From positions 576,001 to 640,000 of the forward strand of contig CAWDVW010000005.1 in assembly GCA_963805855.1 (NCBI GenBank): 64,000 bases of DNA. Direction: 5' to 3'. Below are positions 31,355 through 42,052 of the stretch, piece by piece. The notes beneath the pieces are model-generated. The model saw only the letters and a program-made list of their open reading frames with translations. It made no database searches and was not told the origin of the DNA. The stretch is from Candidatus Dadabacteria bacterium (lineage in GTDB: Bacteria > Desulfobacterota_D > UBA1144 > Nemesobacterales > CSP1-2). The position numbers were made by a program, and so were the translations under genes. Within the stretch, counting starts at the first letter, position 1. Every line of letters begins with the position of its first letter.

Positions 31355-32518
31355 TTACTCCTCCTCATTCTCCAACCGTACTTTATCTCCGTCTTTTAGA
31401 TTGAACTTTCCAGCCTCCCTGACTACTTGCTCGCCACCAGCCAGCCCCTCTCTTATTTCAATCTGGGTACCGAATTCATCGCCAGTCGTCACGGGCTGGA
31501 ACTTCACTCTGTAATTATCGACTATGAAAACCCCCTTCTGCCCCTCATAGTCTACAAGGGAAGAAGCTGCAACCAATATTAGATTTCTCTCAATTCCGTC
31601 TTTATAGACCGCAGGATCTAAAAAGTCAATTTTACACGACATCTCCGGGAGCACTTTGTCATCTTTATTTAAGAATTCGACCTTTACGGTGACCGTCCCC
31701 TTTTGTCTGTCCGCCGTAGGGACAATTTGTCTGAGACGGGCTTTATACTGATGTTCAGGGAAAGCGTCGAGGATGATCTCAGCTGGCATTCCAAGTTTGA
31801 GTTTGCCCAGATTTTGTTCGTTGATATCTGTTTCCGCTTCCAGGGAATCGAGATCAACTATAACAGCAAATGTCGCGCCAGCAGACCCTGCGCCCCCGAA
31901 GCCCTGAGGCGTTACTGTCTCTCCCAAAAAAGCCTTCTTCACTGTGACAACCCCGCTTATCGGAGCATAAATCTGGGTATTATGTATCAACTCCTCGGCA
32001 TTGCGGAGTTTTGCTTCAAGAACCCTAACCTGCGTCTTAGCATTATCTAGAGTTTGCGGACTAATTATCCCCTTAGCAAACAATTCCTCTTGCCTTTTTA
32101 ATTCCCTCTTCGCATTATCCAAATTGGAAGCTATTTCGTCCCTTTGCGCCCTAAGCTCCTGGTTTTCGAGCCTTGCAACCAGCTCGCCCTCCTTAACCTT
32201 TTGTCCCTCCTCGAGGTTTATCCATGAGATTCGGCCAACCGACTTCGGTGAAATTTCTGCCTTCTTTCTGGCTATCACATACCCACTGGATGTGAGCACA
32301 GTCGATGCTTCTGAAGCGCTCACTCGGCTCACACTGGCGGTAGATACTTGAGGATTTAAAAATGGAATCTCATCCAGTAACCAAAGAACCGATATGGTAC
32401 AAATAACAACCAGAACTAATAGTACGATCAAATATCTTGAGCGATTTCGTCCTGATGAAGGTTTGTTGCGATTTATCCTAAGAGAAGAAACATCAATACG
32501 CTTTTCATCAGATTCCAT
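31355..32518 (-). CDS. Periplasmic adaptor (membrane fusion) protein
   Basis: N-terminal TM, EGQKVKEGELVARL, coiled coil, IYAPISGVV, LPEMS. Confidence 0.9.
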   Translation of the reverse strand: MESDEKRIDVSSLRINRNKPSSGRNRSRYLIVLLVLVVICTISVLWLLDEIPFLNPQVSTASVSRVSASEASTVLTSSGYVIARKKAEISPKSVGRISWINLEEGQKVKEGELVARLENQELRAQRDEIASNLDNAKRELKRQEELFAKGIISPQTLDNAKTQVRVLEAKLRNAEELIHNTQIYAPISGVVTVKKAFLGETVTPQGFGGAGSAGATFAVIVDLDSLEAETDINEQNLGKLKLGMPAEIILDAFPEHQYKARLRQIVPTADRQKGTVTVKVEFLNKDDKVLPEMSCKIDFLDPAVYKDGIERNLILVAASSLVDYEGQKGVFIVDNYRVKFQPVTTGDEFGTQIEIREGLAGGEQVVREAGKFNLKDGDKVRLENEEE

Positions 32519-33190
32519 TTATAAACTCTCCAGTAAAACTAATTGAGAATTATCGAGTTATCAATTCAAATCAGATGGTTACGATAAATCCAGCCACTTC
32601 AAATATATTTCTACAGTTTATCGCTTTATCACTCGGCGAGTCGCCTGCAATTTCTGATGTAGCTAAGTACATGTATCGAGCATGTCGAGTGTATCGCGTT
32701 TAACTCTTGATTATATTAAATTAGAATGATGACTTATTTCTCCGCCTACAGAAATTTCAATAAACAACGTCAATCTTATCTCATACGTAGCAATTGAGTT
32801 ATAATAAATATACCCTCTTTTTCCTAACATGTAATCGCAGTGGTGAGATTATATTGGCGTGGGAATATTAATTTTGACGAGCAGGAATCCACAAAAATTA
32901 ATAACACCGTGGTAGAGCCGAAGAGTAGTGAAAAATTACAAACTAACTGCTTGTTTTAACACTTATCATTATATAGCGCATTCTTAGCTCTCTTAACCTG
33001 AATCATTGTCAAATCTTAAAATCGTTATGTCTTAAACCCCAAATAGTTTGCATTCCACAAGTAAATCTGTGGGGTATTCCACCGGTATTTTAATGGATTA
33101 TGACCGTTTCTTTGTAGGCTTGTATTTTTAAATATCGATGGTAACATAAGACCTGTATTCAAGGAAATTCAGTAAGGAAAGTCAATAACT

Positions 33191-34228
33191 ATGAGGATGG
33201 AAATGCCGAGCACGGGATTGTCTAGTGTGATTGCTGGTGTCGGTTCTTTTTTGCCAGATCAGGTCATAACAAACAAGAAGGTCGATGAGAGGCTAAATGG
33301 TTTTAGCTACATGAACGTGGGTAACATGATAGAAAATATCACCGGGATAAAAGAACGCAGATATGCCCGGGAAGATGTTCATTGTTCGGACCTAGCCACT
33401 TATGCAGCTCAAGATGCACTTAATAATGCTGGACTTAAACCTGATGATTTAGACGCTATCCTATTCACTTCCTGCAGCCGAGACCTTGGAGAACCCGCAA
33501 CCGCTTGTATAATTCAGCACAAATTGGGGGCGTACAATGCGCAAAGGGTAATGGATGTCTCAAATGCATGTAATAGCTTTCTATCTGGACTGGACATAAT
33601 GAATTCTCTTATATCCATGGGACAGGCTAAAACAGGATTGGTTGTGTCAGGTGAGAAGCTAAGTCCGTTTGTAAATTGGAATTTGAAGGATCAATCTGAG
33701 CTAAAGAAGGGGTTCGCCGCACTGACCCTTGGAGATGGTGGTGGCGCAGTTGTTCTTACTGCAAAGAATGGAAACAACAATGAAGGAATACTCAGTTCGC
33801 ATTTTTTTTCGGACGGTAGTAAGTGGGAACTGAGTGTGGTAATGGGAGGTGGATGTATATCTCCCAGAAACCCAGAGGCTTACTATTTTATTTGCGATGG
33901 TCTTAAACTTAACAGCCTGGCGTTAAAACACGTACCGGATGCGATTAGTAAGGCATTGGAAAAGTCCGGTTACCAACTTAATGATATAGATCTCGTCATA
34001 CCTCATCAAGTCTCTTTGTCTGTAATTGAGCATATCGCTAGATTAATTAGTTACCCTATAGAGAACATTATGGTAACCCTGGATGCTTATGGTAACAATG
34101 GTGCAGCCAGTGTTCCAATAGCTTTGAGCAAGGCGATCCAAGACGGGCGAGTGGGTAAAGGTAGCCTCATATTACTTGTCGTTGGCGCGGCTGGTTTTAG
34201 CGCGGGATCGATGGTCATAAGGATTTAA
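33191..34228 (+). CDS. 3-oxoacyl-ACP synthase III superfamily protein (OleA/FabH-like)
   Basis: TGIKERR, DVSNAC (Cys), PHQVS (His), YGNNGAAS (Asn), GDGGGA. Confidence 0.88.
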   Translation: MRMEMPSTGLSSVIAGVGSFLPDQVITNKKVDERLNGFSYMNVGNMIENITGIKERRYAREDVHCSDLATYAAQDALNNAGLKPDDLDAILFTSCSRDLGEPATACIIQHKLGAYNAQRVMDVSNACNSFLSGLDIMNSLISMGQAKTGLVVSGEKLSPFVNWNLKDQSELKKGFAALTLGDGGGAVVLTAKNGNNNEGILSSHFFSDGSKWELSVVMGGGCISPRNPEAYYFICDGLKLNSLALKHVPDAISKALEKSGYQLNDIDLVIPHQVSLSVIEHIARLISYPIENIMVTLDAYGNNGAASVPIALSKAIQDGRVGKGSLILLVVGAAGFSAGSMVIRI

Positions 34229-34256
34229 CGGATTAGAAAAGTTGGGAACATCTACT

Positions 34257-34740
34257 TTAATTATTCTCTTCCTTAAGAGGGAAGCCTATCACAGGCCAAT
34301 TTTCTAAATCAATCTTAGCCATCGACTCTTGTATCTTTTCATTGCACAATTCAAAAATTTTAGGGTGAGTTTCCTTAGGTCTATATTTAGCTTCCTTTCC
34401 CGGATACCTCATTTGGCATTCCAAATTCCCCTAGCCTTGAGGTTATAGAATCACTTCCAACGAGTAATTGTAGGAATTCAAACAGCTTGGTTAGTGAAGC
34501 ACGCGGTTCGAGTATTAGAGTAGAGAAGTCTAAAAAGCAAGACCTGTCCTCAAACCGCAGGTTATTCAACCTCCTTGACGCATTCTCTATCCATTTAAAG
34601 TAGCGCTCGGCTATTTCAATTGGATCTGGCTCCCGAATATGTATATCTAGTGATCTTTTTTTTAAATCCTGTCTTCAACCGTGGAAAAAAGAGATTTTAA
34701 TTTGTTGAATACTGTCGAAGAGGCGTCCGAACATCGGTAA
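34257..34740 (-). pseudogene. Internally deleted, frameshifted paralog of the sulfotransferase at 37374-38504
   Basis: Fragments FNKLKSLFSTVEDR, WIENASRRLNNLRFEDRSCFLDFSTLILEPRASLTKLFEFL and ELCNEKIQ...LENWPVIGFP match the N- and C-terminal parts of the intact gene. Confidence 0.8.
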
Positions 34741-35091
34741 AATTTTCCATTAAATATTTCCTCAAACAGATTAAATCTGACTCGGTGCTTTCAATTCGAA
34801 AAACGATACTAATGTAAAAATTGCTATACGACAAGTTTTTGATGCAATAAAGAAACAAGACCATAAACCAACCGATGGTTATGATGCCTTCTGTTCAAAC
34901 AAGCAGTTGAAACCAGTCAATCCTGACTGCCCACCAACATATAATATTTTCCCTTATAGAGATTTTTTATTATAATTCTTTGGACATCCATACCGGGGAA
35001 AACGGTAATTTGTTACACCGGTGGTAAGGTATTTAATCAAGATGAAATTAGCCGGACAGCAGCACGACGTAATCGAAGGCTTAGGTGTAAA

Positions 35092-35778
35092 TTGATAATT
35101 AAGAGCTTAATTTGGATTTTCTTTATAATTGTCGTAATCGGGGGATTGTTATTTGGCTTTGCTGGCCGTCTAGATTGGCAAGAGGCATGGATCTTTATGG
35201 TAACCCTATTTGTTTGCCTTTCCGTTGACTACCTCATAATTCTTAAAACAAATCCTGAAGTCATTGGAGAGCGGATGACCTGGACGCGATTCCAAATCGA
35301 TAGAGGTGCTAAAAGGTGGGATGTTTTTGTAACCTCCGTCCATACACTTTTTATTCTAGCCACGGTTGTTATTGCTGGTTTTGATGAACGTTATGGTTGG
35401 CCGGGATCACTCGGTCCTGGATGGCTTTATTTAGGACTAATGCTGTTCGTAATTGGAAACCTGTTCTTTATTTGGGGAATGTCGTCAAACAAGTATTTCT
35501 CGAAGCAAGTCCGTATACAGACTGAACGTGGTCATAAGGTCGTGACTTCGGGTCCCTATAGGATTGTGCGTCATCCCGGCTATCTTGGCTGGTCTGTGAT
35601 GTGGATGGGAACCCCTTTAATTCTCAACTCACCTTGGGCTTTTATTCCCGCAGTTTTATCTATTGTCTTGATTGTGATTAGGACTGCCCTGGAGGACGGT
35701 ACGCTTCGAAAGGAACTTCCCGGATATTTGGAATACGTATCTAGGGTTCGTTTCAAGCTTATCCCCGGGGCTTGGTAA
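35092..35778 (+). CDS. Isoprenylcysteine carboxylmethyltransferase (ICMT/PEMT) family membrane protein
   Basis: VVTSGPYRIVRHPGY, RTALED, YLEY...FKLIPGAW. Confidence 0.88.
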   Translation: MIIKSLIWIFFIIVVIGGLLFGFAGRLDWQEAWIFMVTLFVCLSVDYLIILKTNPEVIGERMTWTRFQIDRGAKRWDVFVTSVHTLFILATVVIAGFDERYGWPGSLGPGWLYLGLMLFVIGNLFFIWGMSSNKYFSKQVRIQTERGHKVVTSGPYRIVRHPGYLGWSVMWMGTPLILNSPWAFIPAVLSIVLIVIRTALEDGTLRKELPGYLEYVSRVRFKLIPGAW

Positions 35779-36198
35779 CGGTAAAAGAATACCGAGTTTT
35801 ATTAAGTTCTCTCTGAAATGTGGAGATCATGAGTAGCCATTAATTTGAGGACACAAATTTCTTGAAAACCTGGGCATATGTGCATATTGAGTTTGATTTA
35901 GTACTCCCGAGTTAAGTCAATTTTCGTTATCTTATTACTACACGAGAGTTCATTAGATATTCGATTGAGCAGGGAATACTCATAGAACCCCCGGTAACCT
36001 GCACTATCGGTTTTCCTGGCCGGCAGATGGCTGTAAAATTGGCACAGCACAGTTGGAAGGTCGAAATTCTATTAAGAAAACCGCGGTCTTCAACCATAAG
36101 ATTAGGTATCTTTACCCCGGATTGCTTCGGCAATATCAAGTTACAAGAATGAGTTTAGAAGACTGCGGCAATCCTTGCGTTGGCTGAGAGAGCCTGCC

Positions 36199-37185
36199 TC
36201 AAGAATCGAGGTACCCGTTATCTCTAAGCCACCGTACTATTCTCTCTAAACTTTCTTCAATCGAAGTTGGGCGAAAACCGAGCTCCTTCACTGCCTTAGA
36301 ATTGTCGAAATACCAATGGAGGGCTGCTGATTTTACCGAATCTACATCCAGAGTAACATACCTCGGAGATGGCAACCTGAAAACCCGCTCGGCAAAAAAA
36401 GCCACGGTAATCGCTAAAGAATAAGGTATCTTCCTCCTTGGGCGTGGAATCCCTGTAATCTTCTCCATCAGACTAAAAACCCCCTCGAGGCTAAAGTTCC
36501 TGTTTCCCAAGATATAGCGCTGACCCACCCTCCCCCTCTCTGCTGCCAATATGTGACCCTCTGCGACATCATCCACATCAACGAGATTTAAGCCGCCATC
36601 CATGTAGCCCCGTAATTTCCTTTTACAATACCAAAGGATTGTGCCAGTAGAGACGATTTTCATGTCCGGTCCTATGATCACCGTGGGATTGACAATAACG
36701 ACAGGTAAACCCTTGTCGTAAAGTTTCAGAGCCTCTTTTTCAGCACGGTGTCGTGAGTTCGCGTACTGAATACCCATGTGCTCTATCGTAAAAGGAGTTT
36801 CCTCATTGGCAATACCTCCACTCGGGTCTATCCCAACCGAAGATGCACTACAGGTATAGACGACTTTTTTTACTCCTGACTCCAAAGCAGCTGAAAGTAC
36901 ACTAACTGCTCCTTTCACATTTATATCTTCCATGATCCTGTAGTCCGCTCTTTTAGACGACACAAAGCCTGCGACGTGGAACAAGGTATCACATCCCCTG
37001 AGAGCATCTCTTACTGAGTCCCTCTCTAGTATGTCGCCGTAGACCCTTTCGATATCAAGACCTTGAATCATCGGCACCTCACTAGTCTTCCTGAGCAGGA
37101 TTCTTACGCGCTCCCCTCTTTGCACAAGCTTTTTCACAATGTATGAACCCAAGAAGCCCGGGTCAACGGTAACGAGGATAGCCAT
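36199..37185 (-). CDS. Extended SDR (HpnA/dihydroflavonol reductase-like) with degenerate motifs
   Basis: LFHVAG, VNPTVIIGP, VDVDDVAEGHILA; Gly loop VTVDPGFLG and YANSR deviate from consensus. Confidence 0.8.
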   Translation of the reverse strand: MAILVTVDPGFLGSYIVKKLVQRGERVRILLRKTSEVPMIQGLDIERVYGDILERDSVRDALRGCDTLFHVAGFVSSKRADYRIMEDINVKGAVSVLSAALESGVKKVVYTCSASSVGIDPSGGIANEETPFTIEHMGIQYANSRHRAEKEALKLYDKGLPVVIVNPTVIIGPDMKIVSTGTILWYCKRKLRGYMDGGLNLVDVDDVAEGHILAAERGRVGQRYILGNRNFSLEGVFSLMEKITGIPRPRRKIPYSLAITVAFFAERVFRLPSPRYVTLDVDSVKSAALHWYFDNSKAVKELGFRPTSIEESLERIVRWLRDNGYLDS

Positions 37186-37373
37186 ATTTTTTGCTCCTAC
37201 GCCGCTCCTGTAGTTACAATTCAGTACAACTGAAGAACCAATTTAATTTTTCTATGGAACGTTTTTTCTAGTGTACCATTTCCGGCATATAATGTGCATT
37301 CTAAGCGACAGAGTGACAATCGTGCACTTGGAGGATCCATACTAGTAATGCTATCTTTCGGCAGCTAGGAAGA

Positions 37374-38504
37374 TTATTCTCCGGGAACTGGACCAATTAC
37401 CTCCCAATCATTCCAGTCCACCGCAATTGAGCACTGGTGCAAGCGTTCACGACAGATATCCTCAATAGCAGTAAGACTTTCTTCGGGAATATGATCGAAC
37501 TTCGGTTCCGGCATGCTCAAAGGCATACCAAGTTCCTCTAACTGTGCGAGGATAGTCTCGCCCTCATTAGGCAACTCCAGGAACTCGAAAAGGCGACGCA
37601 GGGAAGAACGCGGCTCCATAATAAGAGTCGAGAAGTCAAGGTAACAGCGCGCGGCAGATGAACCCAATTTCGTCATATCCATTAGCGCTCGCTCAATCCA
37701 TTGAAGGTGATCTTTGGTCATAGCCAACGAGTCCGGTGGCCTATATTTAAGATTCACCATCTGGTTTGCAAGCTTCATGAAATAGCTTAGGTCGTGTTTG
37801 TCGAAGGACCGATTTTTCCCTACCAATCGATGATAGAAGTGCGAAGGAGCTATTGCCATTTCCTTCCATGTCTCGATGAACTTCATTTTTGAATTGACAG
37901 AAGCTACAGGATTCCGATGGAGATAAATAAATCGTGCATCTGGAAAAAGCGCGATGACATCTGGCACGCGAATCGTAAGATATGGAACTTTCCACAGGAA
38001 ACGTGTTTTGTGTTCCAAATATAAGAGCTTCTGCATGTAGTTTTTTATGTCGCGCAAACTCGTTGGGTTGTATACAACTAACTCTTTATTGAAATAGCGC
38101 AAGATGAGGCCCTGCGCCTCCTGCGGGGTATCAATGCCGACAATAATTCTATCGGCCCTTCGATTGGTGCGACCACGAATGAGCGGACACAAAAACTTCT
38201 TCGCCAGAATGGGCGCCAAGTCAAACATGTCAGAATAGGTTCTTGGCGTCGCAACGGCTGAGTGGAGGCTGAGCACTTGCTGGAGTATTGTAGTTCCCGA
38301 GCGGCCGGGCCCAATGATGAAGATAGGCTTCCTAAGCTCAATCTGCTCCCAGTTGTTTTTGTAGAATTGGTCTTCGACACTTGAGAAAAACACCTTTAAC
38401 TTAGCTACCAAGGAGTTAAAGGCATGTTCGTTTTGAAAATACGCATAGGCGAGGTACCAGTACAGGCGATATTTCCATGTAGGTGTTTTTTGATTCGGCT
38501 TCAT
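37374..38504 (-). CDS. Sulfotransferase family protein
   Basis: 5'-PSB motif FIIGPGRSGTT; FPDARFIYLHRNPVASVNS 3'-PB motif. Start at MKPNQ assumed. Confidence 0.88.
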   Translation of the reverse strand: MKPNQKTPTWKYRLYWYLAYAYFQNEHAFNSLVAKLKVFFSSVEDQFYKNNWEQIELRKPIFIIGPGRSGTTILQQVLSLHSAVATPRTYSDMFDLAPILAKKFLCPLIRGRTNRRADRIIVGIDTPQEAQGLILRYFNKELVVYNPTSLRDIKNYMQKLLYLEHKTRFLWKVPYLTIRVPDVIALFPDARFIYLHRNPVASVNSKMKFIETWKEMAIAPSHFYHRLVGKNRSFDKHDLSYFMKLANQMVNLKYRPPDSLAMTKDHLQWIERALMDMTKLGSSAARCYLDFSTLIMEPRSSLRRLFEFLELPNEGETILAQLEELGMPLSMPEPKFDHIPEESLTAIEDICRERLHQCSIAVDWNDWEVIGPVPGE

Positions 38505-38911
38505 ATATCCGGATTGAATGTAAACACGTGTTAAACGATTAACCTTGATTAATACCACAAAAACTGCGCCACGCCAATAGTCTCAACGTCGGATATCTCA
38601 ACGCTGGAAATCCCTCCCACCTGTCACTCGCGCGATTCTTAAGTAGGACTCCAGTCTTGCACTCGTTCTGTATTTTCGAGGAGTTTTATCCCGAAGCAAT
38701 TCCCTACCTAGCTCAAAATAGAGATTACTTCGACTTATTTGACAGATGGCGTCTGGTTGAATGTTATCGCTGAGCACCTGCAGTGGCCTGCGAAACCGAT
38801 TTTACACGGACTGACACCAGGTAGCAAGTGTTCGTGGCCGTTCTCGACATTGAGTTTTCCAGCTTTTCTAGTAAATATAATACCTGCAATTAACGTGGGG
38901 AGATTAAGCTT

Positions 38912-39901
38912 ATGAAAGCCTATGTTACGGGTGCAACCGGTTTTATCGGAGGACACCTTGTAAGAAGATTAGTCGAACGGGGTGATATTGTAAAAGCCCT
39001 GATCAGAGACCCCGCTAAGGGGGAGCCTCTGAAGAAACTTGGTGTGGAGCTCGTGATCGGAGACATTCTGGATAAGTCCTCATTCGAGAATACCATGGCA
39101 GGCTTCGATGTCCTCTATCACTTGGGAAACGTTGCAAGGTGGTGGCTTCCACAAAAAAGCCTTTTCTACAAAGTAAATGTAGAGGGCACAACTAGCATTT
39201 TCTCTGAAGCCCTGAGGGCCCAGGTCCCTAAAGTAATTTATGTAAGTAGCCTTGCGACGGCCGTGGAAAGAAAAGGAGATATGATCACAGAGGAAACAGA
39301 ACAAATAGGGAAGCTTAGCAGCAATTACTCCAGGTCGAAGTGCCTTGGCGAGAAAGAGGCATTCAGAATGTGTAGAGAAGAAGGCTTGCCCCTCATAGTC
39401 CTAAACCCCGGAGTTGTATTCGGCCCCGGTGACCTAAAGCAGTCGGGTAAGACGCTGATAGATTTTATGAATGGAAGATTCCCCGCCATGATGTTTGAAG
39501 ACAGCTACGTTCCTCTTGTCTATATAGAAGACACGATTGATAGCCATATCCTTGCTCTGGAAAAAGGTAAGACAGGAGAGAAGTACATCATAGTGGGTTA
39601 TAACCTCACTGTGGGAGAGCTATTTAGACAGCTTAGCGAAATAACCGGCGTTCCTGTCCCAGAGCGGAAGATATCTCCAACATTAGTAAGACTAATCGCG
39701 TACGTGTCGGAGCTCCAATCGTTTCTTACTAAGAAGCCCCCAAAGCTTACGATCGATATGGTGAGGGCGATGGAAACCGGAGCTAGGGGAGACAGTACAA
39801 AGGCCAGGGAAGAGCTTGGCCTTGAGTTTACACCTTTAAAGGAATCACTAATAAAAACCATTACGTGGTATCGCGAGAACGGGTACGCTACACCTGTTTA
39901 G
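38912..39901 (+). CDS. Extended SDR (NAD-dependent epimerase/dehydratase, HpnA-like)
   Basis: VTGATGFIG, YVSS, YSRSK, LNPGVVFGPGD. Confidence 0.9.
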   Translation: MKAYVTGATGFIGGHLVRRLVERGDIVKALIRDPAKGEPLKKLGVELVIGDILDKSSFENTMAGFDVLYHLGNVARWWLPQKSLFYKVNVEGTTSIFSEALRAQVPKVIYVSSLATAVERKGDMITEETEQIGKLSSNYSRSKCLGEKEAFRMCREEGLPLIVLNPGVVFGPGDLKQSGKTLIDFMNGRFPAMMFEDSYVPLVYIEDTIDSHILALEKGKTGEKYIIVGYNLTVGELFRQLSEITGVPVPERKISPTLVRLIAYVSELQSFLTKKPPKLTIDMVRAMETGARGDSTKAREELGLEFTPLKESLIKTITWYRENGYATPV

Positions 39902-40005
39902 GTCTAGGTTATAAATATGTGCCGACAGCATCAATCATCTTGTAATTTCTGACCGTCCCCCGTGCGCGAGAATATACGCTATAACACACGTGATCCAGGC
40001 AGAGA

Positions 40006-41790
40006 TTATTTTAAGCTTAAAAGCTCCCAGCCGCCCTCTGGTGAAATGTTAAATGGATTAGCTGTGCCAATATATAGTGCATCATCACCATCTTGAGCGT
40101 CCTCGTCTGATACCATGTTCCTGACACCATAATTAAGAGGATTTCCAAATCCGTCCAGCGTTACAGTCTCCGCGCCTGAACTTAAATCACTGAATCTAAA
40201 AAGATCGGCACCATATGGGCTCTCGGGATTATCTGTCAGCAGAATGCTAGCGTCGAAGGTCGCAAGATAAAGCCGGTCCTTATAGACAGCCATAGCCCAA
40301 GTATATGCGTTATTGGGATTGTCTATCCCAGATTTGCCGAAAAGAGGAATCAAGGAGCTATTGTTTTGCTTTTCTTCCCACTCACCCACGGAAGAGTCAT
40401 AAACGGGTAAAGAGGTTTCGCCGTAAAGGAGCTCAATCTCAGGCGTACTATCAAAGTTTCGTCCCCGAAGCAGCGCTAGGGCACGGTTGCTATTGTTAAA
40501 CGCTTCTTCTTGCCTGATAGAACATTCCGGGTCAGAAGAACAATTAGCGCCAAGCAAGTCGATCTCAAAAAAAACAGAATGGGCAAGAAATCCCGCTGTT
40601 GTAAGATGCAGAGTACCCCACCAAAGTCTACCGTCAAATGAAGCTAAATCACCCACAGCATAAGTTGCAGCAATAACGGGATCCGGTTCGTATTCACTCG
40701 CGTCCCAAACCTTAACCCAATCGTTAAGGTTGCCATTGGTCAAACCCTCTGGCGGTATGACAGAACTCATAAAAATTGCAGCGCGTGGAAATGAATCTAA
40801 AGCGGATAAGTCGAATGATAGTGATGATATGGAATGTATGTTTGGCCATGTACCAACATATAATCTTCCATCGTGAAACGCCATGGCAGCTCCAATTGTA
40901 TCAAGCTTCCCCACCTCTTCCCACTTCAAAGGATCCGATAAATCTCCCCTATAACGGAGAACTCTTCCACCTCCCAATGGATTTTCGTCATCACTCGATT
41001 TTCCGACCGCGGAATAGAGAACTCCATTAACCACCAATGCCTTTCTCGCATCATTATATTCGGGGAAGTTTTTTGCGGCCAAACATAACTTAGTTTTGCC
41101 GTCGAATGCAAACATATTCAAACCACTAAGCAAAGAAGGGCCTGCAAGAATTACAATTGAAAAGTCTCCATTGTCAATACTGCCTCCTTGACGTAGACCC
41201 AGAGTCGTTGCCAAAAGTTCAGTTCCACCGGCACAGTTATCCACTGAAACATCTTGAATAATGCCTGTACCAGAGTCGTAAATCTTGATTTGCGGACTTC
41301 GATGGTCTCCTAGTTCAGGATCTGGCTTTGCCGAAGCGACCTTACTTTCTCCATACTCACAGGCAACGATATCTTCAAGACCAGACGCCTGAGCGCCAAT
41401 TTCAACTGTGGATTGTATTACAGAACCTGCTACACATAGAGAATTTGCAAGCGTCCCAAACCAGACATCCTTGCCCAGCTTGGTTAGCGCCCATATATAC
41501 GATTGGTCGGTCTTGGAAACGCATTCTGTTAGCGGGGGTGCAGGCGTCAGATCAGTGCAGTCACCTGTAGCAGAGCTACTGATCGGCCCATTGTCTCCCG
41601 CGCCTATTCCGCAAAAACATTCGTCTGGCTGGGCCTTGGCTAGAGTCTCTATCTCGGATGAAGAAGAATCACCATCATTAGAGCCATCCCCTCCTTGATC
41701 ATTGCAGGCCGTCGAAATTGCAAACACAAATAATAAGCCCATGAATGTTGTTAATTCAAAGCACCTGCGCATAAATTGAAGATAAAACAT
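40006..41790 (-). CDS. Large hypothetical lipoprotein, probable beta-propeller
   Basis: Lipobox ISTAC; Cys-rich N-terminus; repeated W(F/W)GT / LYVGT / LYLAT / LYIGT blades; AAGGAGG RBS. Confidence 0.7.
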   Translation of the reverse strand: MFYLQFMRRCFELTTFMGLLFVFAISTACNDQGGDGSNDGDSSSSEIETLAKAQPDECFCGIGAGDNGPISSSATGDCTDLTPAPPLTECVSKTDQSYIWALTKLGKDVWFGTLANSLCVAGSVIQSTVEIGAQASGLEDIVACEYGESKVASAKPDPELGDHRSPQIKIYDSGTGIIQDVSVDNCAGGTELLATTLGLRQGGSIDNGDFSIVILAGPSLLSGLNMFAFDGKTKLCLAAKNFPEYNDARKALVVNGVLYSAVGKSSDDENPLGGGRVLRYRGDLSDPLKWEEVGKLDTIGAAMAFHDGRLYVGTWPNIHSISSLSFDLSALDSFPRAAIFMSSVIPPEGLTNGNLNDWVKVWDASEYEPDPVIAATYAVGDLASFDGRLWWGTLHLTTAGFLAHSVFFEIDLLGANCSSDPECSIRQEEAFNNSNRALALLRGRNFDSTPEIELLYGETSLPVYDSSVGEWEEKQNNSSLIPLFGKSGIDNPNNAYTWAMAVYKDRLYLATFDASILLTDNPESPYGADLFRFSDLSSGAETVTLDGFGNPLNYGVRNMVSDEDAQDGDDALYIGTANPFNISPEGGWELLSLK

Positions 41791-42052
41791 AACGATCCTC
41801 CTTCAGTTCTTTAAATTGTTATCGATTGCTTTTTTTGAATTCTGAAGCCAAATAAAATCTGGCTATAAATCATAAAATGATACCATATTATACAAGATGT
41901 TATGAATGACAACCTAGGATATTTTGGCTCAGATTAAACTAACCGGAGCAGGCGACCGAATATTTGCTAATTAATCTTTTCTAATTCATGTTAAATTATT
42001 TCACAAACTGCGGTCTACCCAGTGCCCTGATCCGTCTTTTAACATATAGCTC

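Noticed and set aside
33046-33080. Operator-like dyad CCACA-N8-TGTGG upstream of the ketosynthase
   Set aside because: Short, single occurrence, no regulator to link it to; could be chance.
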